NCBI GenBank assembly: GCA_037441385.1
Contig: JBBISH010000026.1
Span: 1 to 57,870, forward strand
Direction of reading: 5' to 3'
Origin: Myxococcales bacterium
GTDB taxonomy: Bacteria > Myxococcota_A > UBA9042
DNA length: 57,870 bases
Part shown: positions 28,803 to 38,343 of the stretch, piece by piece
Layout of the letters: each line of letters starts with the position of its first letter
How positions within the stretch are numbered: the first letter of the stretch is position 1
Program-made: the position numbers and the translations under genes
The notes under the pieces: model-generated
Database searches by the model: none
Told to the model about the DNA's origin: nothing
What the model saw: the letters and a program-made list of their open reading frames with translations, nothing else

Positions 28803-29888
28803 ATGGCGCACGAACCCCACATCCCGGTCCCCCTTCCGCCGCTCACCTCGCTCTCGGCCACCGCTGGTTGTGCGGCCAAGATTGCCCAAGTCGACTTGGT
28901 CGCCGCTTTGGCGACGCTGCCCGCGCGTCAGGATGGGCGCCTGCTGATTGGGTACGACACCAGCGACGACGCCGCGGTCTTTCGCCTGACCCCCGAGCTG
29001 GCGTTGGTCGAGACGGTCGACATCTTTACGCCGATCGTCGACGACCCCTTTGACTACGGTCGCATCGCCGCCGCCAACGCCCTGAGCGACGTGTACGCGA
29101 TGGGGGCCAAGCCGATTTCTGCGCTGAGTTTCGTCGCCTGGCCGATGGCGGATTTGGGTCCAGCGGGGTTGTCGCGGATTCTGCAGGGAGCCCAGGCGAT
29201 TTGCGACCAGGCCGGAATCGTCATCGCTGGCGGCCACTCGATCGTGGACAAAGAGCCTAAGTTTGGTCTGTTTGTGACCGGGTTGGTCCATCCGGACCGC
29301 GTCGTGGCCAACGACGGGGCCAAACCGGGTGATCTGCTGGTGCTCACCAAGGCCCTGGGCACGGGCGTCTTGACCACGGCCCGCAAGCGCGGGGTGATCA
29401 GCGACGAGGACTTGGGCGAAGCCGTTGCCTCGATGACCACCCTGAACGCAGGGGCCGCGGAAGCCATGGTCGAGACCGGCGTGTCGGCCTGCACCGACGT
29501 GACCGGCTTTGGCTTGCTCGGCCACTTGGCCAACATGCTCCGGGCCAGCAGTCGCCGCTACGGCGACGCTTTGGGCGCCCGCTTGACCTTTGAGCGCATG
29601 CCTTGGATGCACCAGGTGCGCGGGCTGGCGGCGCAAGGGCTTTGCCCAGGAGGCTCCAAGCGAAACTTGACCTATGCTTCGAAGAACACGACATTCTCGG
29701 CCGATCTGACCGAGGCGGATCGGCTGCTGATGGCCGACGCCCAGACCTCGGGAGGGCTGCTCATCGCCGTGCCACCGGCGCACGCAGACACACTGCTGCT
29801 GGCCCTGGCCCGCCACGGCGTGGAAACGCGGGCGATCATTGGCGAGATCGCGCTGACCGACCTGCCGGGCGCGATTGCCGTGCTCTGA
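28803..29888 (+). CDS. selD: Selenide, water dikinase (selenophosphate synthetase), Cys form
   Basis: LTSLSATAGCAAKI, DDAAV, TVDIFTPIVDDPFDYGRIAAANALSDVYAMG, GGHS, TDVTGFGLLGHL, DAQTSGGLL; GAGG RBS; active-site codon TGT. Confidence 0.95.
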   Translation: MAHEPHIPVPLPPLTSLSATAGCAAKIAQVDLVAALATLPARQDGRLLIGYDTSDDAAVFRLTPELALVETVDIFTPIVDDPFDYGRIAAANALSDVYAMGAKPISALSFVAWPMADLGPAGLSRILQGAQAICDQAGIVIAGGHSIVDKEPKFGLFVTGLVHPDRVVANDGAKPGDLLVLTKALGTGVLTTARKRGVISDEDLGEAVASMTTLNAGAAEAMVETGVSACTDVTGFGLLGHLANMLRASSRRYGDALGARLTFERMPWMHQVRGLAAQGLCPGGSKRNLTYASKNTTFSADLTEADRLLMADAQTSGGLLIAVPPAHADTLLLALARHGVETRAIIGEIALTDLPGAIAVL

Positions 29889-30054
29889 GATCGCAACGGT
29901 CAAGTTCCGTTGTTGTTCCGGCTTGTTGGCCAAAAGCTGCGCCCCTTGAAAAATGACGCAATCGCGACGAAGTCCCGTTGACTTATGACGCGGTGCGTCG
30001 CAAATTGGCTGCTCGGCATTGGGGCGGTTGGTCGGCCCTGCCAACGAGGAAGCC

Positions 30055-31509
30055 ATGGCGACGCGCAAGAAGACCCCTGCAACTGAAACCCCAAGCCTGC
30101 TACCCGATACCGCACTGCCCGACACTGCACGGCCCGACACCGCACGGCCCGACACCGCTTTGGCCGAGTCGGCTGCGCCCCCCTCGCGCGGTGCCCACGC
30201 CGCGCCCGAGCCGCAAAACTCGTTCCGTCGCCTGCACCTCAAGCGCGATCGCGTCGCCATTTGCGGCGGCTTGCGCACTCCCTTCTCGCGATCTTGGTCC
30301 GACCTGAACGATGTGGACCCCGTTGAACTTTCGACGCAAGTGGCCCGCGAGCTGCTTTTCCGCCTGGAATTGCCCAAGCAAGCCGTGGACCAGGTGATCT
30401 GGGGCACGGTGATCTCGGTTGTGCGCAGCCCGAATGTGGCCCGCGAAGTCGCGATGAATTTGGGCATGTACCACGCCCACGGCTTCTCGGTGTCGCGGGC
30501 CTGCGCGTCGGGTTTCCAGGCGGTGGCTTCGGGTTGCGAGTCCATCTGGGCCGGCAGCTCGGACGTCGTGCTGTGCGGCGGCGTCGACGTGACCAGCCAC
30601 GCGCCCGTGACCTACAAGAAATCGGTGGTCGACAAGCTACAGGACCTGCAAAAGGCCAAGGGCATGGACCTGCTCAAGAAGGCCAGCGGCCTCAATCCGC
30701 TGGACTTTCTGCCGTCGCCGCCGGCCCTGACCGAGCGCTACACCGGCCTGACGATGGGTCAGCACGCCGAAGAGATGGCGCAGAACTTTGCGATCTCGCG
30801 CCAGGATCAAGAAGCGCTGGCCATCGCGTCGCACAAGAACGCCTACGCGGCCGTGCAGGCGGGCCTGATCGCCCCCGAGCTCATCACCGTGCAGACGCCC
30901 AAGGGCCCGGTGAATGCGGACAACCTCATTCGCTCGGACATGGATCCGCAAAAGCTGGCCAAGCTGCGCCCGGTGTTCGACAAGCGCAACGGCACCATCA
31001 CGGCCGCGACCAGCTCGGCCCTGACCGATGGCGCCGCGTGCGTGCTGCTCGCCCGCGAGTCGCGCGCCAAGGAATTGGGTCTGCCGATCCTGGGTTACGT
31101 GCGCAGCTACGCGTTTGCTGGCCAGGACCCGCGCGAGAACATGCTGCTGGGCAACGTCTACTCGTCGCCGATCGCTCTGGACCGCGGCGGACTGCAGTTG
31201 GCAGATGTGGACTTCATCGAGATCCACGAAGCGTTTGCCGCGCAGGTGCTCAGCGCCCTGAAGATGTTCAAGGATGACGAGTTCTTCCGCTGCAAGCTTG
31301 GGCGCGACAAGGCGCTGGGCGAAATCGACATGGCCAAGCTGAACGTGCGCGGCGGATCGTTGGCCTACGGTCACCCGTTTGCCGCCACCGGCATCCGGAT
31401 CTTGAACACCATGGTCAACACCTTGCGCCAGAACAACAAAACCATCGGCCTGGGTACCGCCTGCGCCGCCGGTGGCATGGGCTCGGCGCTCGTGGTCGAA
31501 ATCGACTGA
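30055..31509 (+). CDS. fadI: 3-ketoacyl-CoA thiolase, FadI type
   Basis: RTPF, SRACASG (catalytic Cys), IHEAFAAQ, GGSLAYGHPFAATG, ACAAGGMG; GAGGAAG RBS; paired with fadJ. Confidence 0.9.
   Translation: MATRKKTPATETPSLLPDTALPDTARPDTARPDTALAESAAPPSRGAHAAPEPQNSFRRLHLKRDRVAICGGLRTPFSRSWSDLNDVDPVELSTQVARELLFRLELPKQAVDQVIWGTVISVVRSPNVAREVAMNLGMYHAHGFSVSRACASGFQAVASGCESIWAGSSDVVLCGGVDVTSHAPVTYKKSVVDKLQDLQKAKGMDLLKKASGLNPLDFLPSPPALTERYTGLTMGQHAEEMAQNFAISRQDQEALAIASHKNAYAAVQAGLIAPELITVQTPKGPVNADNLIRSDMDPQKLAKLRPVFDKRNGTITAATSSALTDGAACVLLARESRAKELGLPILGYVRSYAFAGQDPRENMLLGNVYSSPIALDRGGLQLADVDFIEIHEAFAAQVLSALKMFKDDEFFRCKLGRDKALGEIDMAKLNVRGGSLAYGHPFAATGIRILNTMVNTLRQNNKTIGLGTACAAGGMGSALVVEID
30103..30162 (+). 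repeat. 15-bp coding tandem repeat x4 (PDTAL/PDTAR)
   Basis: cccgataccgcactg cccgacactgcacgg cccgacaccgcacgg cccgacaccgctttg. Confidence 0.8.
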
Positions 31510-31542
31510 TCGCTCCAAACCTCTAGAAACTGCGAGGACATC

Positions 31543-33699
31543 ATGGGTATCACCCTTACTTCCATGCGGCTGCAGGCCCCCGACGCCGACGGCATCGCCA
31601 TCCTGTGGATCGACTGCCCCGGCAAGAAGGTCAATACGCTGTCGCTCAGCTTGCTGCCCCAGTTTGAGTCGGTGTTCGCGGACCTGCAGAAGAACAGCGC
31701 CATCAAGGGCTTGGTGATCGCGTCGGGCAAGGACACCGGCTTTATCGCCGGTGCCGACCTGGACGACCTGGGCCAGGTCAAGACCGCCCAGGACGGCGAG
31801 AAGATCAGCAAGCAGGGCCAAGAGGCCATGAACAAGCTGGCCGCGCTGAAGATCCCCACCGTGGCCGCCATTCACGGCGAGGCGCTGGGCGGCGGTCTGG
31901 AGCTGGCGCTGGCGTGCAAGGCGCGCGTGTGCAGCGAGCACAAGAAGACCAAGCTGGCGCTGCCCGAGGTGATGCTGGGCCTGCTGCCGGGCGCGGGTGG
32001 CACGGTGCGCCTGCCCAAGCTGATCGGCCTGGCGGGCGCGCTGGACATGATGCTGACCGGCAAGAACATCCGCGCTTCCAAGGCGCTGAAGATGGGCCTG
32101 GTCGACAAGGCGGTGCCGCAGGGTCAGCTGCTGGACACGGCGATTGGGCTGTGCCGCGACCTGGTGCACGGCAAGGCCGAGCCCAAGAAGAAGCCGCCGG
32201 TCAAAGAGCAGTTGCAGCACATGCTCTTGGAAGAAAACCCGCTGGGCAAGAAGGTGGTGCTGGCCCAGGCCAAGAAGCAGGTGATGAAGCAGACCAAAGG
32301 GATGTACCCGGCGCCGCTGCGGATTTTGGACGTGGTCGACAAGGGCACCTTCGAGGCCGAGGCGCGCGGTTTTGGCGATCTGCTGAACACGCCCGAGAGC
32401 GCGGGCCTGCGGCACCTGTTTGCCTCGATCACCCAGCTGAAGAAGGACGACGGCCCAGGGACCGACAACGTCAAGGCCCGCCCGTATGCTCGCGTGGGCA
32501 TGCTGGGCGCCGGCCTGATGGGCGCGGGCATCGCCACCGTGCTGGCCGACAACAACGTGGAGGTGCGGCTGAAGGACCGCGACTTTGCGGCGATCAACAA
32601 GGCGCTGGACTATGCGCGCAAGGTGTACGGCAAGGCCAAGAAGCGCAAGGTCTATGGCCAGAGTGGCATGGACGAGCGCATGGCGCGCATCTCGGGCGGC
32701 ACCGACTGGGCTGGCTTTGGGCGCGCCGACGTGCTGATCGAAGCCGTGTTCGAGGACATGGCCCTCAAGCAGAAATTGCTGGCGGAATTCGAAGACCTGA
32801 CCCAGGTGGGCGGCATCTTTGCCAGCAACACCAGCGCGCTGCCGATCAGCGAGATCGCCGCCAAGGCCAAGCACCCCGAGCGCGTGATCGGCATGCACTT
32901 CTTCAGCCCGGTGGAGAAGATGCCGCTGGTCGAGGTCATCGTGACCGACAAGACCGCGCCCGAGGTGACCAAGACCACGGTGGACGTGGCCCGCAAGATG
33001 GGCAAGCACGTGATCGTCGTGAAGGACTGCGCGGGCTTCTACACCACGCGCGCCCTGGTGCCCTACATGGCGGAGGCGATCTTCCTGGCGCTGGACGGCT
33101 ACCAGCTGGCTGACATCGACGAGGCGGCGACCAAGGTCGGCTTCCCAGTGGGGCCGATCACGCTCACCGACGAGGTGGGCATCGACGTGGGCGTCAAGGT
33201 GCTGAAGTCGATGAAGCACTACTACGGCGACCGGATGCAGTTGCCGCCCGACGTGTCGAGCGCGCTGCTGGAAGAGGGCCGCCTGGGCCGCAAGAACAAC
33301 AAGGGCTTCTACCTCTACAAGGACGGCAAGTCCCTGCAGGGCAAGCACGGCGAGAAGCTGATCGACGAGACGGTGTACAAGCACCTGCCCGGCGGCAAGG
33401 GCAGCCGCAGCGCCGACTGGCGCGAAATGGCCGACCGCCTGATTCTGGGGCTGGTCAACGAGGCGGCATTGTGCTTGCAAGAAGGCATCTTGCGCGACGC
33501 GTATGCCGGCGATCTGGGCGCGGTGATGGGCATCGGTTTCCCGCCGTTCGAGGGTGGGCCTTTCCGCTACGTCGATCGCCACGGCGCCCGGCAGGTGGTG
33601 GCGCGGCTTCGCGAGTTCGAGGGCAAGTTCGGCAAGCGCTTCAAGCCCTGCCAGCTGCTGGTCGACCTGGCTGAGCGCAACGGCAAGTTCTTTACCTAG
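31543..33699 (+). CDS. fadJ: Fatty acid oxidation complex alpha subunit (enoyl-CoA hydratase / 3-hydroxyacyl-CoA dehydrogenase)
   Basis: FIAGADL, GGGLELALAC, LPEVMLGLLPGAGGT, GAGLMGAGIA, ASNTSALPI, GMHFFSPVEKMPLVE, GFPPFEGGPF. Confidence 0.93.
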   Translation: MGITLTSMRLQAPDADGIAILWIDCPGKKVNTLSLSLLPQFESVFADLQKNSAIKGLVIASGKDTGFIAGADLDDLGQVKTAQDGEKISKQGQEAMNKLAALKIPTVAAIHGEALGGGLELALACKARVCSEHKKTKLALPEVMLGLLPGAGGTVRLPKLIGLAGALDMMLTGKNIRASKALKMGLVDKAVPQGQLLDTAIGLCRDLVHGKAEPKKKPPVKEQLQHMLLEENPLGKKVVLAQAKKQVMKQTKGMYPAPLRILDVVDKGTFEAEARGFGDLLNTPESAGLRHLFASITQLKKDDGPGTDNVKARPYARVGMLGAGLMGAGIATVLADNNVEVRLKDRDFAAINKALDYARKVYGKAKKRKVYGQSGMDERMARISGGTDWAGFGRADVLIEAVFEDMALKQKLLAEFEDLTQVGGIFASNTSALPISEIAAKAKHPERVIGMHFFSPVEKMPLVEVIVTDKTAPEVTKTTVDVARKMGKHVIVVKDCAGFYTTRALVPYMAEAIFLALDGYQLADIDEAATKVGFPVGPITLTDEVGIDVGVKVLKSMKHYYGDRMQLPPDVSSALLEEGRLGRKNNKGFYLYKDGKSLQGKHGEKLIDETVYKHLPGGKGSRSADWREMADRLILGLVNEAALCLQEGILRDAYAGDLGAVMGIGFPPFEGGPFRYVDRHGARQVVARLREFEGKFGKRFKPCQLLVDLAERNGKFFT

Positions 33700-33770
33700 C
33701 CGCTGAACAAACCGTCGCCCTCGCGCGTTGAAGTCTTGTGCGGCCCCGCGTCCGGCCGCCGGGAGGCTCG

Positions 33771-34711
33771 ATGCGCCCGCAAACCTCAGCCAAATCAAAG
33801 ATGTCGCTGCTCCTTGGGCTGGCGCTGCTGCTCGCCTTGCCCAGCGAGGCCTTTGCCGGTCGCCTCAGCGGTTCGCGGTCGTCGTCGCGCGGCTCGTCCA
33901 GCAGTCACTCCAGCGGCTCGTCGAGCCACAGCAGCCACGGCGGCTGGGGCGGTTCTAGCTCGTACGGCGGCGGCTACCGTTCTGGCTACGGCTATGGCTA
34001 TGGGTACGGTGCCTACGACTGGGGCCCAGGCAGCTGGTATTGGTGGATGCTGGGCCCGTGGACCTGGCCGCACGCGCTGATGGGCGACGACTGGGGCCGC
34101 TCGTGCGCCTTCCCTGGGGCGCCCTACGAAGATGGCATCGACGGCTACATGCGCATCCAGGGCCAGACGCCGCCGCTGCCCAGCGCGCCCAGCGAGGGCG
34201 GCAAAAAGGCCTTGGGCTACGGCTCGGCCCTGCGGCGTGGGGCGAGGGCGGCATGGCCGACGCAAGCTTCTATCGCGTGGGCGGCGGCTTCTTGTGGTCG
34301 GGCTACCACCGCTTGGAACTGGGCGGCGACCTGCGCAACTACTGGGAACATTTGCCAGAAGGCGGCGTCGACAAGCTGTGGATTGGCAGCCTGTGGGGCT
34401 CGATGCTGTTTGCCCAGAGTCCCTATGCCCAGTTCCGCACCGGCCTGGGCGCGCGTTGGATGCCGCTGAACGACCACGAGGCCGCAGTGGGGGCATTCTT
34501 CTTGTACGGCGCGGACATCTACCCCGTCAAACCGCTCATCCTGTCGCTGCAGGGCGACATTGGCGTGATCGGCGAGGCCTCAGCCAATACGCTCAGGGCC
34601 ACCGCGGGCATGATCCTGGGCAGCGTGGAAGTGTACGGCGGCTACGAGTACTTCCACATCGACGACAACTCGCTCAGCACCTGGGTCGCCGGCGTTCGGC
34701 TGTGGCAGTAG
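33771..34711 (+). pseudogene. Exported beta-barrel-like protein split by a 1-nt frameshift near 34233-34237 (or sequencing error)
   Basis: The first frame (RBS GGGAGG, ATG 33771) has a signal peptide and Ser/Gly/Tyr-rich region up to ..GSALR. Protein-like sequence continues in the 34040..34711 frame (AWGEGG..QFRTGLGARW..GVRLWQ). Confidence 0.7.
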
Positions 34712-34724
34712 TCGACGCCGCCCG

Positions 34725-35462
34725 TCAGAACGGGCGCGGCACCCGCAGGTAGCCGTTGTCGTAGCTGCGGTAGCCAATAAGAATCATGGCTTGGCTGTCG
34801 CCCAGGTTCCAATCGGGCGTCGCTGCGCCAAAGCGGGTCCAGCGCAGTTCGTAGCGGGCGGTCAGCCACCAGCCCGAGTGGCGATCGCGCGGGCTGATGG
34901 GGATGTCGGCCCCCAACCCCGCGCTGAGGCTGGGCCGCCAATCGCTGTTCGGGTTGTCCGTTTGCCCCGTCGCCGCCACCGCCGCGCTGCCGTCCAGGGC
35001 GATTCGCGCCAGCGACACGCCCAAGTAGCCGTGGATGCCGCTGATGACGTCGTAGCCCCAGGAATTGAATACGATCAGCGGAAAGGCTGGGTGGAGCGCC
35101 ACCGTGGCGCCCAGCTCGGTGCGCAGCAGACTGGCGCCGCTGCCACTCCACTGACCGTGCTGCAGGTGCAGCGCCACATCCGTGAACTGAGTGATCACTG
35201 AGAAGCGCCCAGCCAACGCCACGCCCAAGCCCTGTTTGTCCAGGCCCGGCAGCGCTCGATCCAGCCGCGGCAGCAGCAGACCCGCCAAAAAGCTGGTGTA
35301 GTTGCCGTCGTACAGCAGATCCTTGGGCGGCGGCGGCTGTTCGGGGCCTGCGCTGTGCAGCGGAGGGCGCGACGACGGATCGGCGGGATCCTCGGCCGCC
35401 AGCGCCAGGCGGGGCAGCAGCAAGGCGGCGCAGCACCACGTAAGCAGCCGAGCCGCGCTCAT
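34725..35462 (-). CDS. Hypothetical exported beta-strand-rich protein
   Basis: Signal peptide ..LALA-AE; beta-strand pattern; ATGA overlap with cytochrome gene stop. Confidence 0.7.
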   Translation of the reverse strand: MSAARLLTWCCAALLLPRLALAAEDPADPSSRPPLHSAGPEQPPPPKDLLYDGNYTSFLAGLLLPRLDRALPGLDKQGLGVALAGRFSVITQFTDVALHLQHGQWSGSGASLLRTELGATVALHPAFPLIVFNSWGYDVISGIHGYLGVSLARIALDGSAAVAATGQTDNPNSDWRPSLSAGLGADIPISPRDRHSGWWLTARYELRWTRFGAATPDWNLGDSQAMILIGYRSYDNGYLRVPRPF

Positions 35463-37156
35463 TTCTTGGGAGCCTTGCCGACCAGAGGCTTGCCGTGGCC
35501 GGGCATCAGCAGGTGCTCGCGGTAGCGCTCGTAGTCAAAGCGCGGCGAGTGCACGTCGCTGTGGCACGGCTTGCACGCCGCGACCGCCACCTGGCCCAGC
35601 GGCGCCGACGGACCTTTGCCTTGCTGATCCGCCACATGCGCCGATCCGGGGCCGTGGCAAGCCTCGCACTGCACCGACTTGAACACGTCCAGATTGCCAA
35701 AGGCGCTGCCGCCGGGCTTGGCCCAGCCGGTCACGTGGCAGGGGACGCAGTCCAAGTCCTTGGTCTTGTTGTCTTTCTCTAGGGTTTTCCAGGCCTGGGT
35801 GTGGAAGTCGTGGTCCACGAACTCCTGCACCTCGGTGTGGCAGTCCAGGCACGCCGGTTGACCCACGTAGCGGGGCTGGCCCGCCAGCGGGGGCAACGGC
35901 TCCTTGGCCAACTTCTCGGCCGATTCAGCTGCTTTGGCGTCGTAGCCTTTGACAAGCTCTTCCGTGGCCGGATCGACGGGTGCCGACCAGTCCAGCCCCA
36001 CCGCCTGGTAGGCCACGAGCCGGCCCGGCGGCGCCTTGGCGGGATCGACCGCCTTGGCCGCGGCGATTCGTTGGTCCAGATCGCGCAACTGCGCCTGGTA
36101 GAACGGCATGGCTTGCTCGATGCCGGCCATGTTGCGCTCGCGGGCCTGCTGCAGACGCTGGGCCAGGGCATCGCGGCGCAACTGCAAGTCCTTGGCTGCA
36201 CCCGGCAAATACTCCGACGCCTCGCGCCAGGGACCGCGACCGTCGGCCGGGACCAAGGTGGCGGCTGTGAACCAGGCGCCATGGCGAGCCGCGTGCAGGA
36301 TCAACGTGTCGCCCTCGCGGTCCAAGTCGGTCAGCGGTTCGACTTTCTCGTCCAGTTGGCCGATGACCACAGCGTCGATGTCTTTGACTTCGCGAATCAA
36401 TTTTCGCGACGCCCGCAATCCCAGGTTCGACAGCAGCACCACCACCTGGGCGCCCTGGCGGCGCAAATCGGCCACCGCGGGTTGTACGGCTTTGGCTTGC
36501 GCCGGCAAGTCGGCCGGCAGCCAGGTGGGATCCACACCCAGCAGGCCCACCTTGGCGCCGCTGGCGGTGGCCACCAGGCGCCCCGGCGTCACGCCCGCCA
36601 GCCTGCCTGTATAGCCCAGGGCCGTCAGCGCGAACTTGGCCTCGCTGTAGGCTTTTTCGACGGCCTCGCCGCCTTGCTGCAGGTCCCAGCCCGACAGGAC
36701 CGCCGCGGCCAGCCCAAGCCGGCCCAAGCCTTGCAGGAACACCTCGCGCCGCAAGGCCAGTTGCGCTTGCTTGGCCGGCGAACTTTGCGATTCGGCGTCA
36801 AAAAGCAGACTGCCCGCGTGCACGACCAGCAGCGAGGGATCGGCGGTGCGCGCATCGTTCACCCACTTGTTGATGCGCTCGATGCCGCCCTTTTGCAGGT
36901 CGACCGTACAGCCGCACGGCTTGAGTGTGGCCTGCCAATCCGTGACGACCAGCAGCGTGACATGCGGTCGACCCAACAGCGGCCCAGTTTCGTGCGCAAC
37001 ATTGCTTGGTTCCGCCGTGGTGGCCGAGGCGGGTGGCGGCGTGGGCGCGGTGGGCTTGGCACAGCAGGCCATCGCGCAACAAGACACCGTGAGCAGAACC
37101 GTCGACAGCACCGTAGACAGCGGGGGCCACGGCAGCCAGCGGCGCAACTCGATCAT
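35459..37156 (-). CDS. UshA/5'-nucleotidase-like N-terminal domain (CGC motif) fused to tetraheme c554-like cytochrome c
   Basis: TDWQATLKPCGC..GGIER, HAGSL; four CxxCH motifs (CLDCH, CVPCH, CEACH, CKPCH); Cys-containing signal region. Confidence 0.85.
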   Translation of the reverse strand: MIELRRWLPWPPLSTVLSTVLLTVSCCAMACCAKPTAPTPPPASATTAEPSNVAHETGPLLGRPHVTLLVVTDWQATLKPCGCTVDLQKGGIERINKWVNDARTADPSLLVVHAGSLLFDAESQSSPAKQAQLALRREVFLQGLGRLGLAAAVLSGWDLQQGGEAVEKAYSEAKFALTALGYTGRLAGVTPGRLVATASGAKVGLLGVDPTWLPADLPAQAKAVQPAVADLRRQGAQVVVLLSNLGLRASRKLIREVKDIDAVVIGQLDEKVEPLTDLDREGDTLILHAARHGAWFTAATLVPADGRGPWREASEYLPGAAKDLQLRRDALAQRLQQARERNMAGIEQAMPFYQAQLRDLDQRIAAAKAVDPAKAPPGRLVAYQAVGLDWSAPVDPATEELVKGYDAKAAESAEKLAKEPLPPLAGQPRYVGQPACLDCHTEVQEFVDHDFHTQAWKTLEKDNKTKDLDCVPCHVTGWAKPGGSAFGNLDVFKSVQCEACHGPGSAHVADQQGKGPSAPLGQVAVAACKPCHSDVHSPRFDYERYREHLLMPGHGKPLVGKAPKK

Positions 37157-37173
37157 GCTTGCCCTTTGTGTCG

Positions 37174-38142
37174 TTACGGACGGATGGTGGCCTTGCTGCC
37201 CGCCGGGACCTTGGCGGCCGGCACCTTGCAGTTCGCTTTGGAGCGGGTCGGATAGACCTCGGTCACGGTGAACGAGCCGCCCTTGACGCCCTTGACCGAG
37301 CCGGACATGCCTTTCTTGACGCCCTTGTTCTCGCCGGCGCTCAGCTTGAGCACCGAGCCGGTGCCGGCGTCTTGCGCCTCGAACACGTCGCAGTCGATAC
37401 CGGCGTCCTTCTTTTCTTCGGGCGTGTCCTTCTTCTCGGGGATGGGGATGCACTTGCCGCTTGAGCGCGCGCACATCTCGCCCTTGGAGCACGTGACGTT
37501 TTCGCACTTGTTTTCAGGCTTTTCCTTGCCTTTGATGCACTCGTTCTTGTCGCGGTTGCAGATCATGCCGTCGGGGCAAGGACCGCCGCACGGCTTGTCG
37601 ATGCACTTGCCCTCTTGGCATTCCTGCTTGTCGGTGCACGACGCGCAGGGATCCAGGGGTTCGCTCATCTCGGCGATGTACTCGCCCTTGCCAGACACGA
37701 GCTTGAAGCGGGCGTAGTACTTGCGGCCACCCTCGACCGGGAACTGCTCGCGGACGGTCGGATTGGCCTGATTCATCGGCTTTTGCGCAAGTTGCGTGCC
37801 GGCCTCGTCAAAGACGGTGACCATCGCCTGCAGCGACGAACTGTCTTCCCACTTGCTGACTTCCACGCGGACTTCGCCCTTACCGTTCTTGTCGGGTACC
37901 CAAAAGCGCCAGTCTTCGCGATCGCCGATGCCTTCGTTCAAATTATCTTTGGTGGGCTCGGTGGCCTTGAAAGGCCTTGACTTCTCTTTCTTTTCGTCGT
38001 TGTCGGGGTCGCGAATGCTCTGGCCCGAGCAGGCCGCTACCACGCTCAGCACTGCGCCCACCATCGCCATCAGCAAGGCCACGTTGGTCGCGCGGCCGAG
38101 GCGAAGTTTGGTCAAGAAGTCAAAGCCATTGAAACGGGACAT
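37174..38142 (-). CDS. Lipoprotein with beta-sandwich domain, Cys-rich repeats and C-terminal small beta-barrel
   Basis: Lipobox VAAC; GDREDW motif; repeated PC..C....C..G.C; C-terminal LSAGENKGVKKG..VTEVYP. Confidence 0.75.
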   Translation of the reverse strand: MSRFNGFDFLTKLRLGRATNVALLMAMVGAVLSVVAACSGQSIRDPDNDEKKEKSRPFKATEPTKDNLNEGIGDREDWRFWVPDKNGKGEVRVEVSKWEDSSSLQAMVTVFDEAGTQLAQKPMNQANPTVREQFPVEGGRKYYARFKLVSGKGEYIAEMSEPLDPCASCTDKQECQEGKCIDKPCGGPCPDGMICNRDKNECIKGKEKPENKCENVTCSKGEMCARSSGKCIPIPEKKDTPEEKKDAGIDCDVFEAQDAGTGSVLKLSAGENKGVKKGMSGSVKGVKGGSFTVTEVYPTRSKANCKVPAAKVPAGSKATIRP

Positions 38143-38343
38143 GCGCGCCTCGAAGCGGCTGCCGCAGCCCAGGCAGCAGCCAAAATCATGCAGCCGACCT
38201 GGGTAGGCCAGCGACGTCTGCACATTAGACGCATGTGCTCCAAGAATCAAGACAACCTACCGCTGCGCATCGCCGCGCTTCCGTCGCCCGCGACCCAGAC
38301 GTACACTGCGCGCCTTGCCGGCCAGAGCCGTCGTGAGCCCACC

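Noticed and set aside
28860..28950. Selenocysteine codon or SECIS in selD
   Set aside because: Active-site codon is TGT and the ORF has no in-frame TGA; the CGC motif of the cytochrome is also Cys-encoded.
30637..33798. 1053-aa minus-strand ORF
   Set aside because: Antisense shadow of fadI-fadJ.
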